DNA of 55,667 nucleotides from the UHGV virus genome UHGV-0228215; one strand, 5' to 3'. Positions within the stretch are counted from its first letter, which is position 1. Each line of letters opens with the position of its first letter. The notes beneath the pieces are model-generated. The model was given only the letters and a program-made list of their open reading frames with translations, did not search any database and was not told the origin of the DNA. This document shows positions 29,101-35,031 of this stretch, piece after piece. Origin of the DNA: a virus. The translations under genes were made by a program, and so were the position numbers.

Positions 29101-31583
29101 ATCTGCACGATATGCCCCTTCTCGTCCCCGTCGACAGACTCATCGTAGACGTAGATGGGTGCGTCGTCATCGGTAGGCAGAAGCTCCACCGTGCCGTCCT
29201 CGTTCGTCACCACCCTGACGCCACCGGTCACGTACACCTGCTTCGGTTTGCCGTCAGCGTCCGTTATGGTCGCCGAGATCACTGCGCCCCGGGCGGTCTC
29301 ATCTCCGACGACAGACTTTGCGCTCCACTCTTTCGTCAGCTCGCTCTGCATCTGAGCCATCGCCTCTTGGTGCGAACGCTCTATGGTGGAGAGACGGCTC
29401 TGCGCCGTCACCACATCGAGGATCGACTGCCGGTCGTTATCGCTCAGACTCTCGTCGCTGAAGAGCTTCGTCAGTTCCTCGGTGGGGTTTGCCTGTCCGT
29501 CCCTCAGCACAAGAGCCATCTGGTCTACCCTTGCCCTTACCTCTTCGTTCTGCCCCTCCAGCACGTCAGCGAGTGCCTTCTTGGCACCTGCAAGAGCCAC
29601 GGGGTTATTCATCTCCTCCTCGGCGACCTCCGGGTGGGTCGCCCTGTAGATCGGGCTCTGCTGCTGCTCCGTGGCTGAGAGGATCGCTCCCGCTCTCTTC
29701 TGGTTCTCCGTCAGTACCTCCTCCTTGGGGTGAAGTCCATCCGTCGCTTCGTCGTACGCCTTCTGAGACTTCTGACGCTCCTCTGGTGTGTAGTGGATGG
29801 CATCCACGACCTGATCGGCTGGGAGCATCTTCTGCCGTCCCGACCGATCAAGTACTAGGTAGCTCGACTGATCCGAACCGATCACCTCGTAGAGGTTGTT
29901 CTTCTCGTCCTGCACGATCGTCAGCCCCTCCTTGCGGTGCATGCGGGCTACCTGCCCGCCCTGTATCCCGGCACCGAAGCCACCCATAAGCGCTCCAGCC
30001 CAAGCACCATAGATTCCGTCCTTCACCGCCTGCCTTGCCACGTTAGCCCACGCCTCCTGGTCTTCCTTGCTCTTCCACACACGGTCGAGTGCGCCGCTCT
30101 GCGCCAGCGTGGTGAGGCTCTCTCCCGGACCCTCCGTCACGGCACCGCGGACGATCTGCCGTCCGGCACTCTTGACGAGAGGGATGGCAAGCGGCTTCTG
30201 TGCGTACTCGCTCAGGCTGCTGAGGCTCTGACGTACGCCCTCGTTACCGGCTATCCCCTTAGCGAGGGAGCGTACAGCCAGCTTCTGCCCCAGTCGTCCG
30301 CCGGCAAGCTTACCGATGGCACTGATGGACTTAGACGCTACCGCACCGCCGAGAGCGTCACCGCCAAACTCTGCCGCCATATAGCCGAGGGAGATCGTAG
30401 CCTTATCCTCCGGGGAGATGTAGACCCCCTTCTCAGCGGCGTAGTCCTCCATGTCCATGATTGCCTGCCCGCCCGAGGAGATCGTCTGCGCTCCTATGCT
30501 CGCCCATGAGATCGCCTGACCGACGGGAGCCGCTCCTGGGATCATAGAGATCGCCTGACCGGCAAGGGCACCGCCCACGCTTGCCGTTGCGCTTCCCAGC
30601 TCTGCCCACGTGCCTTCGGGAACTTCCGACTTACGCATGTAGTCCTTGGCTTCCTCCTTCCAGCGGACGAAGGAGTTCGCCTTATCCTCACTTGCCCCCT
30701 TCTCTCTGAGGTCGTCCCGCATAGCGTCAAGTGCGATCGCTCTCTTCTCGGGAGTGAGATCCTGCCCCATCCGCTGCATTCGCTCCTCAATTAGCTTCAG
30801 GGCGTCTGCCTGCCGTGCTTTCTTGGAGTAGTCGCCCGAGAAAAGGATGTCGTTATGCGTGTGGCTGTCCAGCTCCTTGAGGAGCTTTCCTCTCACTCCA
30901 CGGACACGCTCAAGGCTGAGGGTGCCGTCCTGCTCCATCTGATCGATAAGGTGGATCGCCTCCTTCTCGTCGTCTGAGTTGCCACCGAAGCCCTTCAGCA
31001 GGTCAGCCACGGCGATCTCTGCGCCACCGCGGATCCCTCTCAGCCCGGACACCACTCCGCCACCGAAGGTGCGGGTGGTCTTAGGACCGGTGGAGGTGGC
31101 GATCTCCGGCAGGGTGTCCTCGCTCTCCACAAGGTCTATCGGGGCGATCTCCGTCCCCCGCATACGTCGGTCGGGGTTGTAGCTCACCTCAGACGTGCCG
31201 TAGGGGTTGTACTCTCCCCTCGACGCATCCATCAAGGCTCTCTGGCGTGCCATCTCCTTCCTTGGGTCACGGGTAAAGGTCTTATTCCTCAGTGCCGCTA
31301 CTTGATTTGTTTCTGACGCATAGGGATTGAAGAAAGCCCTCTCGAAGTCCTCATACGTCCCGCCTATGCCGGCACGCTTGGAGAGCTTGTCGTATAGCCC
31401 CCGCCTGTTCGACTCCTTCTGCATGACGCGGGAGAAGTCTTGGAAGGAAAGGGGATAGGGGTTCTTCGTCTGTCGTCCCACTTCGGTGACAAGGTCGTAG
31501 AGTCCTCTGATGTCGTTGCGTAAGCTGTTGTCCGGGTTGTTATTCATAGCTGTATGGTGTGTCTTGTGAAAAGGAGTTACCAA
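14118..31583 (-). CDS. Giant multidomain polyvalent-type protein (~5,800 aa). ParB-like, HEXXH metallopeptidase, N6-adenine DNA methyltransferase and SNF2 helicase modules; DarB-like candidate injected anti-restriction protein
   Basis: Single uninterrupted 17.4-kb ORF. Tool start at 31583 is TTG; first ATG is at 31545-31547. Motifs read directly (see the giant-ORF finding for coordinates): ParB-like GNNRTDAL, HEXXH FLHEAVGHYG, methyltransferase ESSAGIGN and LAITNVPF, SNF2 motifs AHEVGTGKTFT, LLIDEAHNYKN and QRNGRILRQGN. Gly/hydrophobic C-terminal segment. Confidence 0.8.
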   Translation of the reverse strand: MVTPFHKTHHTAMNNNPDNSLRNDIRGLYDLVTEVGRQTKNPYPLSFQDFSRVMQKESNRRGLYDKLSKRAGIGGTYEDFERAFFNPYASETNQVAALRNKTFTRDPRKEMARQRALMDASRGEYNPYGTSEVSYNPDRRMRGTEIAPIDLVESEDTLPEIATSTGPKTTRTFGGGVVSGLRGIRGGAEIAVADLLKGFGGNSDDEKEAIHLIDQMEQDGTLSLERVRGVRGKLLKELDSHTHNDILFSGDYSKKARQADALKLIEERMQRMGQDLTPEKRAIALDAMRDDLREKGASEDKANSFVRWKEEAKDYMRKSEVPEGTWAELGSATASVGGALAGQAISMIPGAAPVGQAISWASIGAQTISSGGQAIMDMEDYAAEKGVYISPEDKATISLGYMAAEFGGDALGGAVASKSISAIGKLAGGRLGQKLAVRSLAKGIAGNEGVRQSLSSLSEYAQKPLAIPLVKSAGRQIVRGAVTEGPGESLTTLAQSGALDRVWKSKEDQEAWANVARQAVKDGIYGAWAGALMGGFGAGIQGGQVARMHRKEGLTIVQDEKNNLYEVIGSDQSSYLVLDRSGRQKMLPADQVVDAIHYTPEERQKSQKAYDEATDGLHPKEEVLTENQKRAGAILSATEQQQSPIYRATHPEVAEEEMNNPVALAGAKKALADVLEGQNEEVRARVDQMALVLRDGQANPTEELTKLFSDESLSDNDRQSILDVVTAQSRLSTIERSHQEAMAQMQSELTKEWSAKSVVGDETARGAVISATITDADGKPKQVYVTGGVRVVTNEDGTVELLPTDDDAPIYVYDESVDGDEKGHIVQMDDLSSPQLVAEDYLDMVQASLDEAETAFRSEVQAAEEQLSQEQAPQNAPEDAGDTTDDFMQSLPRTREGEVDGLKLMSERPDDFIRYLGQLYGEDFVASLPLSKSGALDLKALTPEQTLSVNEAALGKSGAVEAARQRRSKVGAERSKLEAEVKSDLGNLEKRMALRKASEEYRLYDDYVRAAEEQARQELEAQKRSEEEALTPEERQRREEEKRQLAQEKKEREERIRLENERRRREREELERNAEGSTVREYTEDPPRQARARGARLVNGAVVYRQEPMTVEHYADAERAFSQRPGETRIPVKRTIVEADSLQASHKEGRMNPRHFIPEAQPKDRADNGLSSTAADRIASNIRPDEITGGITAYTGAPVVNGRGEVIQGNNRTDALQTMYDGEERHAKSAELYKEYLKTHASEYGMTAEQVDAMAHPVAVDVAEVSDSEAIRLGHRGQTDLESAGADTMNAQTVGEELNSDTDPQSGQSMLVSFFNRIFNRTGANGAELSAKMDNMLNRNAEEGQKFLLENGYITDTQYKNAFETNSEGKRVVTAEAKTALKDVALYQLADVIGPRAMDIFYRLPASARNGLATFLYRDSQASFETSLAPDLGDALLVWDSLRQDPDFAGLTNFESAKIFILGKVSLFGRSELETNLGEASSLAKLLAASMQTQTEEQIAGALNKYYDLVGANETGAKTQSLIPTSQPTDTKAGAAEAVYGRVYEVPSGREKHYRFRRDVAEDFRSRRDALADRITEERRKYAAAMDMARTLGVPTNPHENMSTLPDEVRAGFDETHSVKGWFYKGDNAVHIYLPANVDADDVRATFLHEAVGHYGCRELLGEVGYNQVLDGIASKLGEEEVLRAMKEYCDGSQDLADRVQVRIAMDEWIAHRAESGITKKTVWESIKDFFRKVFGLSGKQIDQSAEMMADDLLRRSAENLQKRAERQQEVATEVSPERAEVRFRSNRSAADFARLRDAAIEQKGLVAPDLNQSSVKVTHVERHSFTGTGLQAIEKAMVWAQGRIVKDHWYHKHMSDGFKYLIDGTSIEKYLSESSTTGSDNLGVHLATLKVLPRVINRSILAETHPDYGKVNGQRSADNGVNNPNMLVHRLYGAIEIDGQLYRVKTTLHERYNADDRAYDYMVTNMELVISGSSTSDALTSSTNKHTSTERLAVAKLLKGVEKSYDPGKLLLDESATTGSEEPTIRFKRANTAFNGPSLFGETDPRGVRQGLFNADGTPRTLEGQSTVKKASLFTNDTQESTTKKSETEGSPQTQEAKQAPKKTLKPSLFGEINKVVPLVSSGQVSIGDFAQTTVEKNSYGNVNSRRESPQNRSVGGEAREEAQRAEPKRVDRSNDGNRSYDQTGGRGLLELFDNEQVEKTSSPNPKERHSSGREESSVNERQKPIQDRKREDDTGSALPVGEALHPKNQNNYRVTEGEQPTTPAARYKANINAIDLYKKLSEEGRTPTKEEQKVLASYSGWGGLGQYFNVGAYRETLIDKLGKDGFDSAAMSVNSAYYTPFPIINSLWAAARKLGFRGGKILESSAGIGNILAAIPDDVNRVSTIHAVEIDDLSGNILDMLYPDAKVDVSGFQNVSIAPGSIDLAITNVPFVSGLNVYDRENKDLSGLFRDLHDFVIAKNVRALRPGGLGVFITSSNTLDKSSTLKNWLSTSGSADVIGAFRLNNETFGGTKVTSDIIIIRKRVNGKIDPHAIDVSGTSIYKMSAGTYDSDTHTPITINTYFVNHPEFMGGEPSIGFDQGDTSYRPMAIGVYPTQSVDQDRALSSWVSSLGSIKQEPAIRQQETSADYDSTDKIQGSILIDSSGRICCSDKGLAVPLEGINENKVRGYTKQEAVRDYVELKSALDNLIRYQLENTTDEGIETFIRALNTAYDTFVGKYGYLNDNLGISFIKNNDSEFASVAALEDVTLTDKDDKNGRPIKRYEKTEIFRSRQIAGPKKYKISNLTDGIQVSLYKNGSVDVDFIAESLGMEKETTRRQLLTEGLVYEDPDGGELIVSYLYQSGDIRQKIKIAEEALSRDGGERFESNLKALRAVVPPSIPAHLVPLKLGSTWAPTKLLDDYLKEKTGREATFNHTGDIWTMTISPMSELSWQERMDIANKDADMGVRSSVVHKTVSFSELVVYALNNGRPDFSYSYKNEYGDRETVRDKEATDLARQKIEDLREDYVSWVSDYLQEKQEVAKEIEEVYNNTFNSYVTPRIPDNMLPSLFEGSANGISLYPHQKRAVLKTMNQSVMLAHEVGTGKTFTLISSAMEMRRLGIAKKPMIVVQNATIGQFASSAKKLYPAAKILALDDTDRGKSGRMRFYGKIKYADWDMVIVPQSTFELIANSPAREEAYKLKRIDEIEHVISVLEDQQSEDNLENNSISQKIRQLRRQVSDQKSDMALAKVKRMSEKSKQKKISNVSAQIDKLLDKAVDEEQYFEDLGIDALLIDEAHNYKNLNFSTALGREIKGVTGTSSKKAENVQIKIETIKEKNGGRNVVMATGTPISNTASELWVFMKYLMSEADMRRLGIYYFDDFVNNFGKIQTMLEFTTSGKFKANTRFAGYDGLPELIRIWSSVSDTVLTKEVGQVNDQIPEIEMGQDQDVFLDQTPILHQYMNYVRSELEKFENMSGSEKREKSYIPLQMFGKASAAAIDVRLVINQNIDDPHSKLNKAVDELYRTYSETKSYKGTAALFCDKYQNKVSGFNVFEDIKAKLVAKGIPEDQIEIMRPGMTDKKKQAIFDKVNSGAIRIIMGTTPTLGVGVNIQRRLHTLIHLDAPQRPMDYMQRNGRILRQGNLHKDWGKTVRILRFGVKDTLDVTSYQRLKTKAAFIDSIMNGGEILNDPLSSRTIEQEEEGIFDNPVAQLSGVESAMAKMSEERKLKRLRNKKTTWGRDQVYFNSQVKIHAEDIKKTKDYIKKIKSFVSRLDEVFPDRRVHNIKIDGVSAPNVEEAMKLLRAKSKGTTKIADKLMRRPSDNPVNVDVPISLDGHKATLSLVMISGVGQDDAGYAKVSLLKSVQFECPDLGISRKTIDGTVSIPNAFEKVINDIISGEQSERQLNALTDRVTQKEAEKKYAEERLASNRVFPEEKELQETERRVAELTKQMDEELRAKEEKYATLDSDEETIDFSETEEDGTDDEDDGYRFRSGTDDYGANNTIITRDEYIDLIDRIADENASLSDVDFMSIGRQLATFHIEAGSRSFRAFIDAMVTDMGDRVRPYLKSFYNGARDLPSLYKYTGDMDWYDKVSKTDVTRVVPIAKPAVEETPGVKDIKKAKRPRKNILAARFEQFQQEGDEYVKAFMPLYEKIKLDYYDTDRNRFTDDLDREYSIVHRNADKGLEWYSNGSEFFVRKTPNAAHNSNVSIQTKEVGEDPLYDVSRLTDIAYSSGNEIRSIRNLPIEELYDKLSKETPYARPRKNGKPVFYPYGVEVGERLLVEDPDPFPNGATPFDNKTHRMNLITIRGHSLKSMLEAGYALGAKEVSIDLVETDGSNVYYRLDFGEWKALGLTQTENPEATLAHHVMLTDPKNAVPRADVRFRRAEQSGDVSSAAEAAIDFVRNATPKNTTIDDVLRFKRVYHNSPHLLKKADGSFVDPETGERLGFDHRFMGSGEGFQAHGWGSYFSVKDLEGYGQTEQLIPYEEMPEMTIPKDDLSRYTDEQKRWAEMILDLYNDGEGDVGNTFISPLERLYSDRSAFDELYDSQEDANTRWDDFVDFYKNRIEEDVRPFHNKYVVEIPNPSDSNYLEEDAPLSEKQASAIKRTMEEKSGSEYDESFYSDFANNYPEWNTLSGGSLYKVLSDYLLKEYTDSPSQAAQWTSEMLNEAGFVGIHYNGRRDGECYVIFNEKDAKITEHIRFRRTERTDPKSMTDPINPQWDGEWYSSEDLTGKSTADLLELPSAPATPEKRPTQSVAEYAETMSRHYADPRVRFRTGAHKENLRAPQPPRITDGMSLYEVAQLQHEYNRNYRDYLSSSMKRMDALVTTKGRFIRYMVDSARPVELFCKEMERMGIGMTPEQNIYQDMMTQSSRELNIRKQEVEPLVTKLTDRIRDLREQKLLDKVMDVSYTFTDEDTNETKTIKRADGYDKVSLYFQAKDIVECEQLGLVSRGREGFEKVVTEFGKSSNHITPEAYIASFEASVGKANAEVLCDNMRKMSRWSIDRLHGAGLMTDDQYRSLTQSPRRYYAPQRGFKITEESDRNAYERVEMTAEGRQSLSGDPIAYMQAIMNTTVMRVVRNQDLLHLYEWVTQHQQELARRGVLEIGETYYRKSGVDEKGNPIYMPSKQAPTIEELRHDADVRRQVAKLRMEQKRLDQSHDKGETADYVYGIKSKEISNKISDLNNSIEILYRDPTPLRGDSREQEETSRRTVKVYKDGVEQQIHFSPQYRGELVADVLNGRPSMDQDTRFYRSVGRYIEKAGAINFVSKATRFMSALMTQYNPNFAVTNALRDYGTALISNVSDFGWAYQRDFMANYAKVQKTVLKYAMSDAYSDGTYPSGKYGTYLKEFFDEGAATGWSFLPDVVKIRQTMKEMSDPSLKQKFVNGKYGVANAFGLKQGIGMLTEASELNTRFAEYVTSRERGYSSKEAAKHAKELTVNFNRKGTLAGVFGSLFGFWNASIQGTNKIVRLGKPAAVWCGTLFAGGLAQGLLYALGAPDKDDERAFTEWEMMTNLCIGDVKIPLPQGFRGFWGTGVQMALALAGKKDWQGSVIDGMQYLIGELLPNEAASLSNIVEWDDVTGNVELNTTKVVRDIMPTAIQPVADVRLNMNFMGNPVYHEPFVKSQEGQIAQRTLGKKRTKQIYRDISDAAWYAMGGSLERNDRMSRDGTKILPDDKWLNPSVIEHVFEGYTTGVGKTLADVATSVSAVSSGDLSELRKLQIVNVLTKQEKDYSDSDRSYWKLMDFYRSRQQTMSNLRKAKEGKDLKRYKEMTRRASELAPRMTGEQLTEKIWEDGTKDEKLYVTWLETKALLKQIDKGTVTKEEVAPTIDRLTEQFRELR

Positions 31584-32698
31584 GATGCGTTTAGGCTCTC
31601 GGCTTTGTCTCTGTATCCGAGCTGCTGGTTGTCGTAGAGGTGCTGAGCGTACCTGTCGGCGTAATAGTCCCAGTCGACTGCTCCCTTGGCTGGAAGCGAT
31701 CCCTGGTAGGTCTTCCTAAACTTTCTCTGGTACTCGTCAAGTGCGCTCTCATCGGTCTCCAAGAGAGCTTCCATCGCCGCATTGCGTATCGCCTCGTACT
31801 CCTGGGGCTTCAGGTTGAAGTCCCTTGTCTTCACCCTGAGGTTGTCTTGCTCCTTAGCGAGAGAGTCGTCCCAAGCGGTGCTCTCCAGACGCATCGGGTA
31901 CTTGCCATCAACCATCCTGCCTGAGCCTCCTGCCTTGGCGGGGGCGGTGCGCTTCGTCTGGCGTGCCTCTGCCCCCTGAGCATGGATCTGAGCGAGGCGG
32001 CTCTTCGCCCGCTGCTTCTCCAGATCCATACTGTAGCCGTGGGACTTCTCCAGCTTCTCCAGCTCCTGCTGCGCCTTCCGCCGGTCACGCTCCAGAGCGT
32101 CCTGCGCCTTCTGCCGAGTCAGCTCCTGCTGTGCCTGTGACCGTGCGGCATCGGCACGTCTCTGCATCTCGTAGCCGTACTCGCGCCCCATGGAGCCGTA
32201 GATCCGATTGATCTCGTCCATGGCGGCACTGCCCATCACTCGGTTATGCGCATTAAGTAACTGCTGATATCGGGCGGTCGCCTTGTCCACCTCCGCATTT
32301 GCCTGCGCCATCCCCGACGGCTCGCCGTAGCGGTTGCGTATCGTGGCGTTCTGACTATTGCCGTAGATCTCCCCGAGGAGCTTCAGGCTGTCCCCGAGGG
32401 CTCCGGCGGCACGCTTGCGCCGTGCCTGCTCCTCCGTCATCTCCGGTGTCGGGGCGGGGAAGAACTTCGCCAGCTCGGTAAGGACCGGCTTCCCCTGCCG
32501 CCTCCACTCCTCTACCGCGTCGGCGTAGGAGGGTGCGCCGTCATTGACCGACCAGCGGCGTACCGTCTCCGTCACGGCAGGCTGTGGAGCCACAGGGGTA
32601 GTCTCAACCTTTGGTTTTGGCAGCATCCCCTCGTCGTGGAGCGCCCGGCTGTCCCGGATCGCTGACCAGAAGTCCATAGTGCTATTGCTCTGCTTCAT
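31577..32698 (-). CDS. Coiled-coil internal virion / ejection protein candidate
   Basis: Gln/Arg/Glu-rich helical protein. Stop overlaps the giant gene region. ATG at 32696-32698 verified. Confidence 0.35.
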   Translation of the reverse strand: MKQSNSTMDFWSAIRDSRALHDEGMLPKPKVETTPVAPQPAVTETVRRWSVNDGAPSYADAVEEWRRQGKPVLTELAKFFPAPTPEMTEEQARRKRAAGALGDSLKLLGEIYGNSQNATIRNRYGEPSGMAQANAEVDKATARYQQLLNAHNRVMGSAAMDEINRIYGSMGREYGYEMQRRADAARSQAQQELTRQKAQDALERDRRKAQQELEKLEKSHGYSMDLEKQRAKSRLAQIHAQGAEARQTKRTAPAKAGGSGRMVDGKYPMRLESTAWDDSLAKEQDNLRVKTRDFNLKPQEYEAIRNAAMEALLETDESALDEYQRKFRKTYQGSLPAKGAVDWDYYADRYAQHLYDNQQLGYRDKAESLNASW

Positions 32699-32714
32699 CT
32701 CTCTCGTCTATCTC

Positions 32715-33257
32715 TTATGGTAAAATGCTTGGCCAGCGACCCTCGGCACGGTAGCCCTTGGCGAGGATCTTCCGGATCTCCTCCTTCCGTCCCGCCACCC
32801 GTCCGAGGTAGCCGGCGGCATCCTCTGCGCTCTTCGTCTCCAGCCAGCGGTAGCAGATGTAGTCCACCAGCAGCCCCTCGATCTCGCTATCGAGCGCCTT
32901 GCGGTACTGCATCGGGAAGCTCTTTGCCGGCTTCAAAACTAAGAGCCAGTTCTTATTGTCGTCATACTCTCGGTGCTCGATGAGGTAGGGGCGAAGGTCT
33001 GTCGGGGTCTCCTCCACGCACCGTGAGGGGATGGTGGACAGGACCTGCGCCTGCGCCTCGGAGAAGAGGCGGCGGAAGAGGTAGTCATACTCCTCGTCCA
33101 TCACCAGCTGCTCATAGAGCGGGGTGGTCTCGCCCGTCTGCCTATTGACGGAGAAGCGTCGCTCCGCTATCAGCGACGTCTCCTGCTTGACATCCTGCTG
33201 GATCAGCTTGTGCGTGAAGGTGTGGATGAGCGCCTTCTGCCAGAAGAGCCCTATCAT
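32715..33257 (-). CDS. Hypothetical virion protein
   Basis: Translationally coupled member of the operon from 35027 to 31577. Confidence 0.3.
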   Translation of the reverse strand: MIGLFWQKALIHTFTHKLIQQDVKQETSLIAERRFSVNRQTGETTPLYEQLVMDEEYDYLFRRLFSEAQAQVLSTIPSRCVEETPTDLRPYLIEHREYDDNKNWLLVLKPAKSFPMQYRKALDSEIEGLLVDYICYRWLETKSAEDAAGYLGRVAGRKEEIRKILAKGYRAEGRWPSILP

Positions 33258-33796
33258 TTCACCTTGTCCGGAAAGAGGTCCACGGCATTCGACGCCAGCG
33301 TCCCGATTGCCCTGAGACCGTTATACATCAGGTTGTGTCCCTTCATAGCCTGCCGCTGTGCCTCCTGATTGTCCAGCATGGAGATCTGATTAGCCCCGGC
33401 GAGGTAGCGATCCCGCGCACGCTGCTTGAATTGCTCTCCCATCGCACCGAGGTTGCCGACCATCCCCGCCATCACTCGATTGCGGTCGTACTGCCGGGCT
33501 GCGGTTGCTTCGGGGGTCGCCCCCGTGATGACGGCGGCGTTAGCCTCCCGCTGTCCCTGCCGTCTCATCTCGTCCCTCATCTTCCGTAGGGCATTCTGCG
33601 AGTCAGCCCGCTTGAGGTAGTCCGAGTAGTAGTCGGCGAGGTAGGCGGATTTATTTCGCCCCTCCATATCCCGCCTGATGGATGCCTGACGGGCGCGAGC
33701 GGCACGCTCCTGCTTCGCTCCTATGATCGACCCCGCTATGCCGCCTATCGCCTGCGAGGCGAGGGAGCCGAGGGCAAGTGCTGTTGATAGTACCAT
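33254..33796 (-). CDS. Membrane-anchored coiled-coil protein (internal/ejection protein candidate)
   Basis: N-terminal hydrophobic segment MVLSTALALGSLASQAIGGIAGSIIGA followed by helical R/Q-rich sequence. Confidence 0.3.
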   Translation of the reverse strand: MVLSTALALGSLASQAIGGIAGSIIGAKQERAARARQASIRRDMEGRNKSAYLADYYSDYLKRADSQNALRKMRDEMRRQGQREANAAVITGATPEATAARQYDRNRVMAGMVGNLGAMGEQFKQRARDRYLAGANQISMLDNQEAQRQAMKGHNLMYNGLRAIGTLASNAVDLFPDKVK

Positions 33797-33800
33797 GGTC

Positions 33801-35027
33801 TTATCTTAGTTTGTCGTTTTGTACATACGTGTAATTGTGCTCAATCTCCACAGCCTCGATGTGCGTCCGGATGCCGAGCGTCGCCCTGAGGGCAAGAGCG
33901 AAGTAGCGCGCCTTATTCTTCGGCAGGAGCCCGCTGTCTAAGTCTCTGAAGTGGCGGTGCGGCTTGTCTGTCGTGTGGAAAGGGTGCAGGCTCTCCACCG
34001 CCGTCCGTCGGTGATTGACGTCGTGGAAAGCATCCCCGCTCTCAGACCAGCCGATGCCCCAGCGACCCTCCTTTACACCCTCCAGCCAGCCACGTGTCCA
34101 GAGACGGATCACGTTCTTGATGTACGTGGTGCCGAAGGAGAATGGGCGGGACACCATCAGGACGGGGAGCGACTGAAGGGCGTGCCCCTCGTCCCACCGC
34201 TGAACCGCTACCGAGCCATCCGCACGCACGCCGTAGGATCGCACCCGGGGGTACATATTGGACCCCTCCACGATGTTACCGCCCGATAGGGACTGCTCCA
34301 TGAAGTACCACTCCTTGGCACCGAAGGAGAAGACCAGCAGCACCGACGGGAAGTGGTCACTCGCCACTCTCAGCTCCTCCGTGTGCGGGTCGTACGTCAT
34401 CCGCGCCGGCTCCATGAGGAAGCCGCGGAAGTCAAAGTCAGTCAGCCCGTAGCAGTCGGCAAGAGGGACGAAGTCGAAGTGTGGCTCCCTCCGCCTTGCC
34501 CAGATCCGCTCCGAGAGGTTGCCCGCCACGTAGGTTGATGTGAGGAGCATAAGCCCCGAGCGGGAAGCGTAGGCGATGCCGTAGGGGGTCTGGCAGATCA
34601 CTCCGGAGATGGGTGCCTCCATAAAGGTAGGGGACGACATCCGCGCGTGGACAGCGTCCGCCGTTGCCCCTGCCAGCTCGTAGACCCCCGCGTCGGTGAA
34701 GACGTAGGAGGGGTAGGAGCCGAAGTTGCGATCCGAGATATCCAGCTGCCGGGTCGCCTCGGCAAGGATCCGCCCCGTACCTACGGTGTAGGTGGTCTCG
34801 GGAGGGAAGGCGAAGGGGTTATTCACCTCGCTCGCCTTGATGACGTTGTGCGCCTCGTACGAAGCCGTCTCGCTCACCCTCGGATCGGTGACGGTGGTGC
34901 GGTACTTCGCACAGATCATGCTGACCGAGTGCGCCAGCACGGACTCGGTAGCGAGGGTGTTGTACGTGTCCCCGCTGCCGGTGTTCCATCGGTTTGTCGT
35001 CCTATTCCCTGTAGTCTCGTCTGCCAT
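33801..35027 (-). CDS. Hypothetical virion protein (408 aa)
   Basis: ATG at 35025-35027 verified. Immediately downstream of repeat array 2. Confidence 0.3.
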   Translation of the reverse strand: MADETTGNRTTNRWNTGSGDTYNTLATESVLAHSVSMICAKYRTTVTDPRVSETASYEAHNVIKASEVNNPFAFPPETTYTVGTGRILAEATRQLDISDRNFGSYPSYVFTDAGVYELAGATADAVHARMSSPTFMEAPISGVICQTPYGIAYASRSGLMLLTSTYVAGNLSERIWARRREPHFDFVPLADCYGLTDFDFRGFLMEPARMTYDPHTEELRVASDHFPSVLLVFSFGAKEWYFMEQSLSGGNIVEGSNMYPRVRSYGVRADGSVAVQRWDEGHALQSLPVLMVSRPFSFGTTYIKNVIRLWTRGWLEGVKEGRWGIGWSESGDAFHDVNHRRTAVESLHPFHTTDKPHRHFRDLDSGLLPKNKARYFALALRATLGIRTHIEAVEIEHNYTYVQNDKLR

Positions 35028-35031
35028 AGCT

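Noticed and set aside
14283-30509. Dozens of plus-strand ORFs of 60-190 aa listed inside the giant gene's span (for example 16233-16748 and 29112-29678)
   Set aside because: All run antisense to a continuous 17.4-kb minus-strand ORF in GC-rich DNA. They are low-complexity, Arg/Pro/Ser-rich translations typical of antisense frames.
31545-31583. TTG start of the giant ORF at 31583 (and TTG start of the repressor ORF at 53993)
   Set aside because: The first in-frame ATGs (31545-31547 and 53999-54001) are more plausible starts. The tool's coordinates are kept in the feature table, with this caveat.
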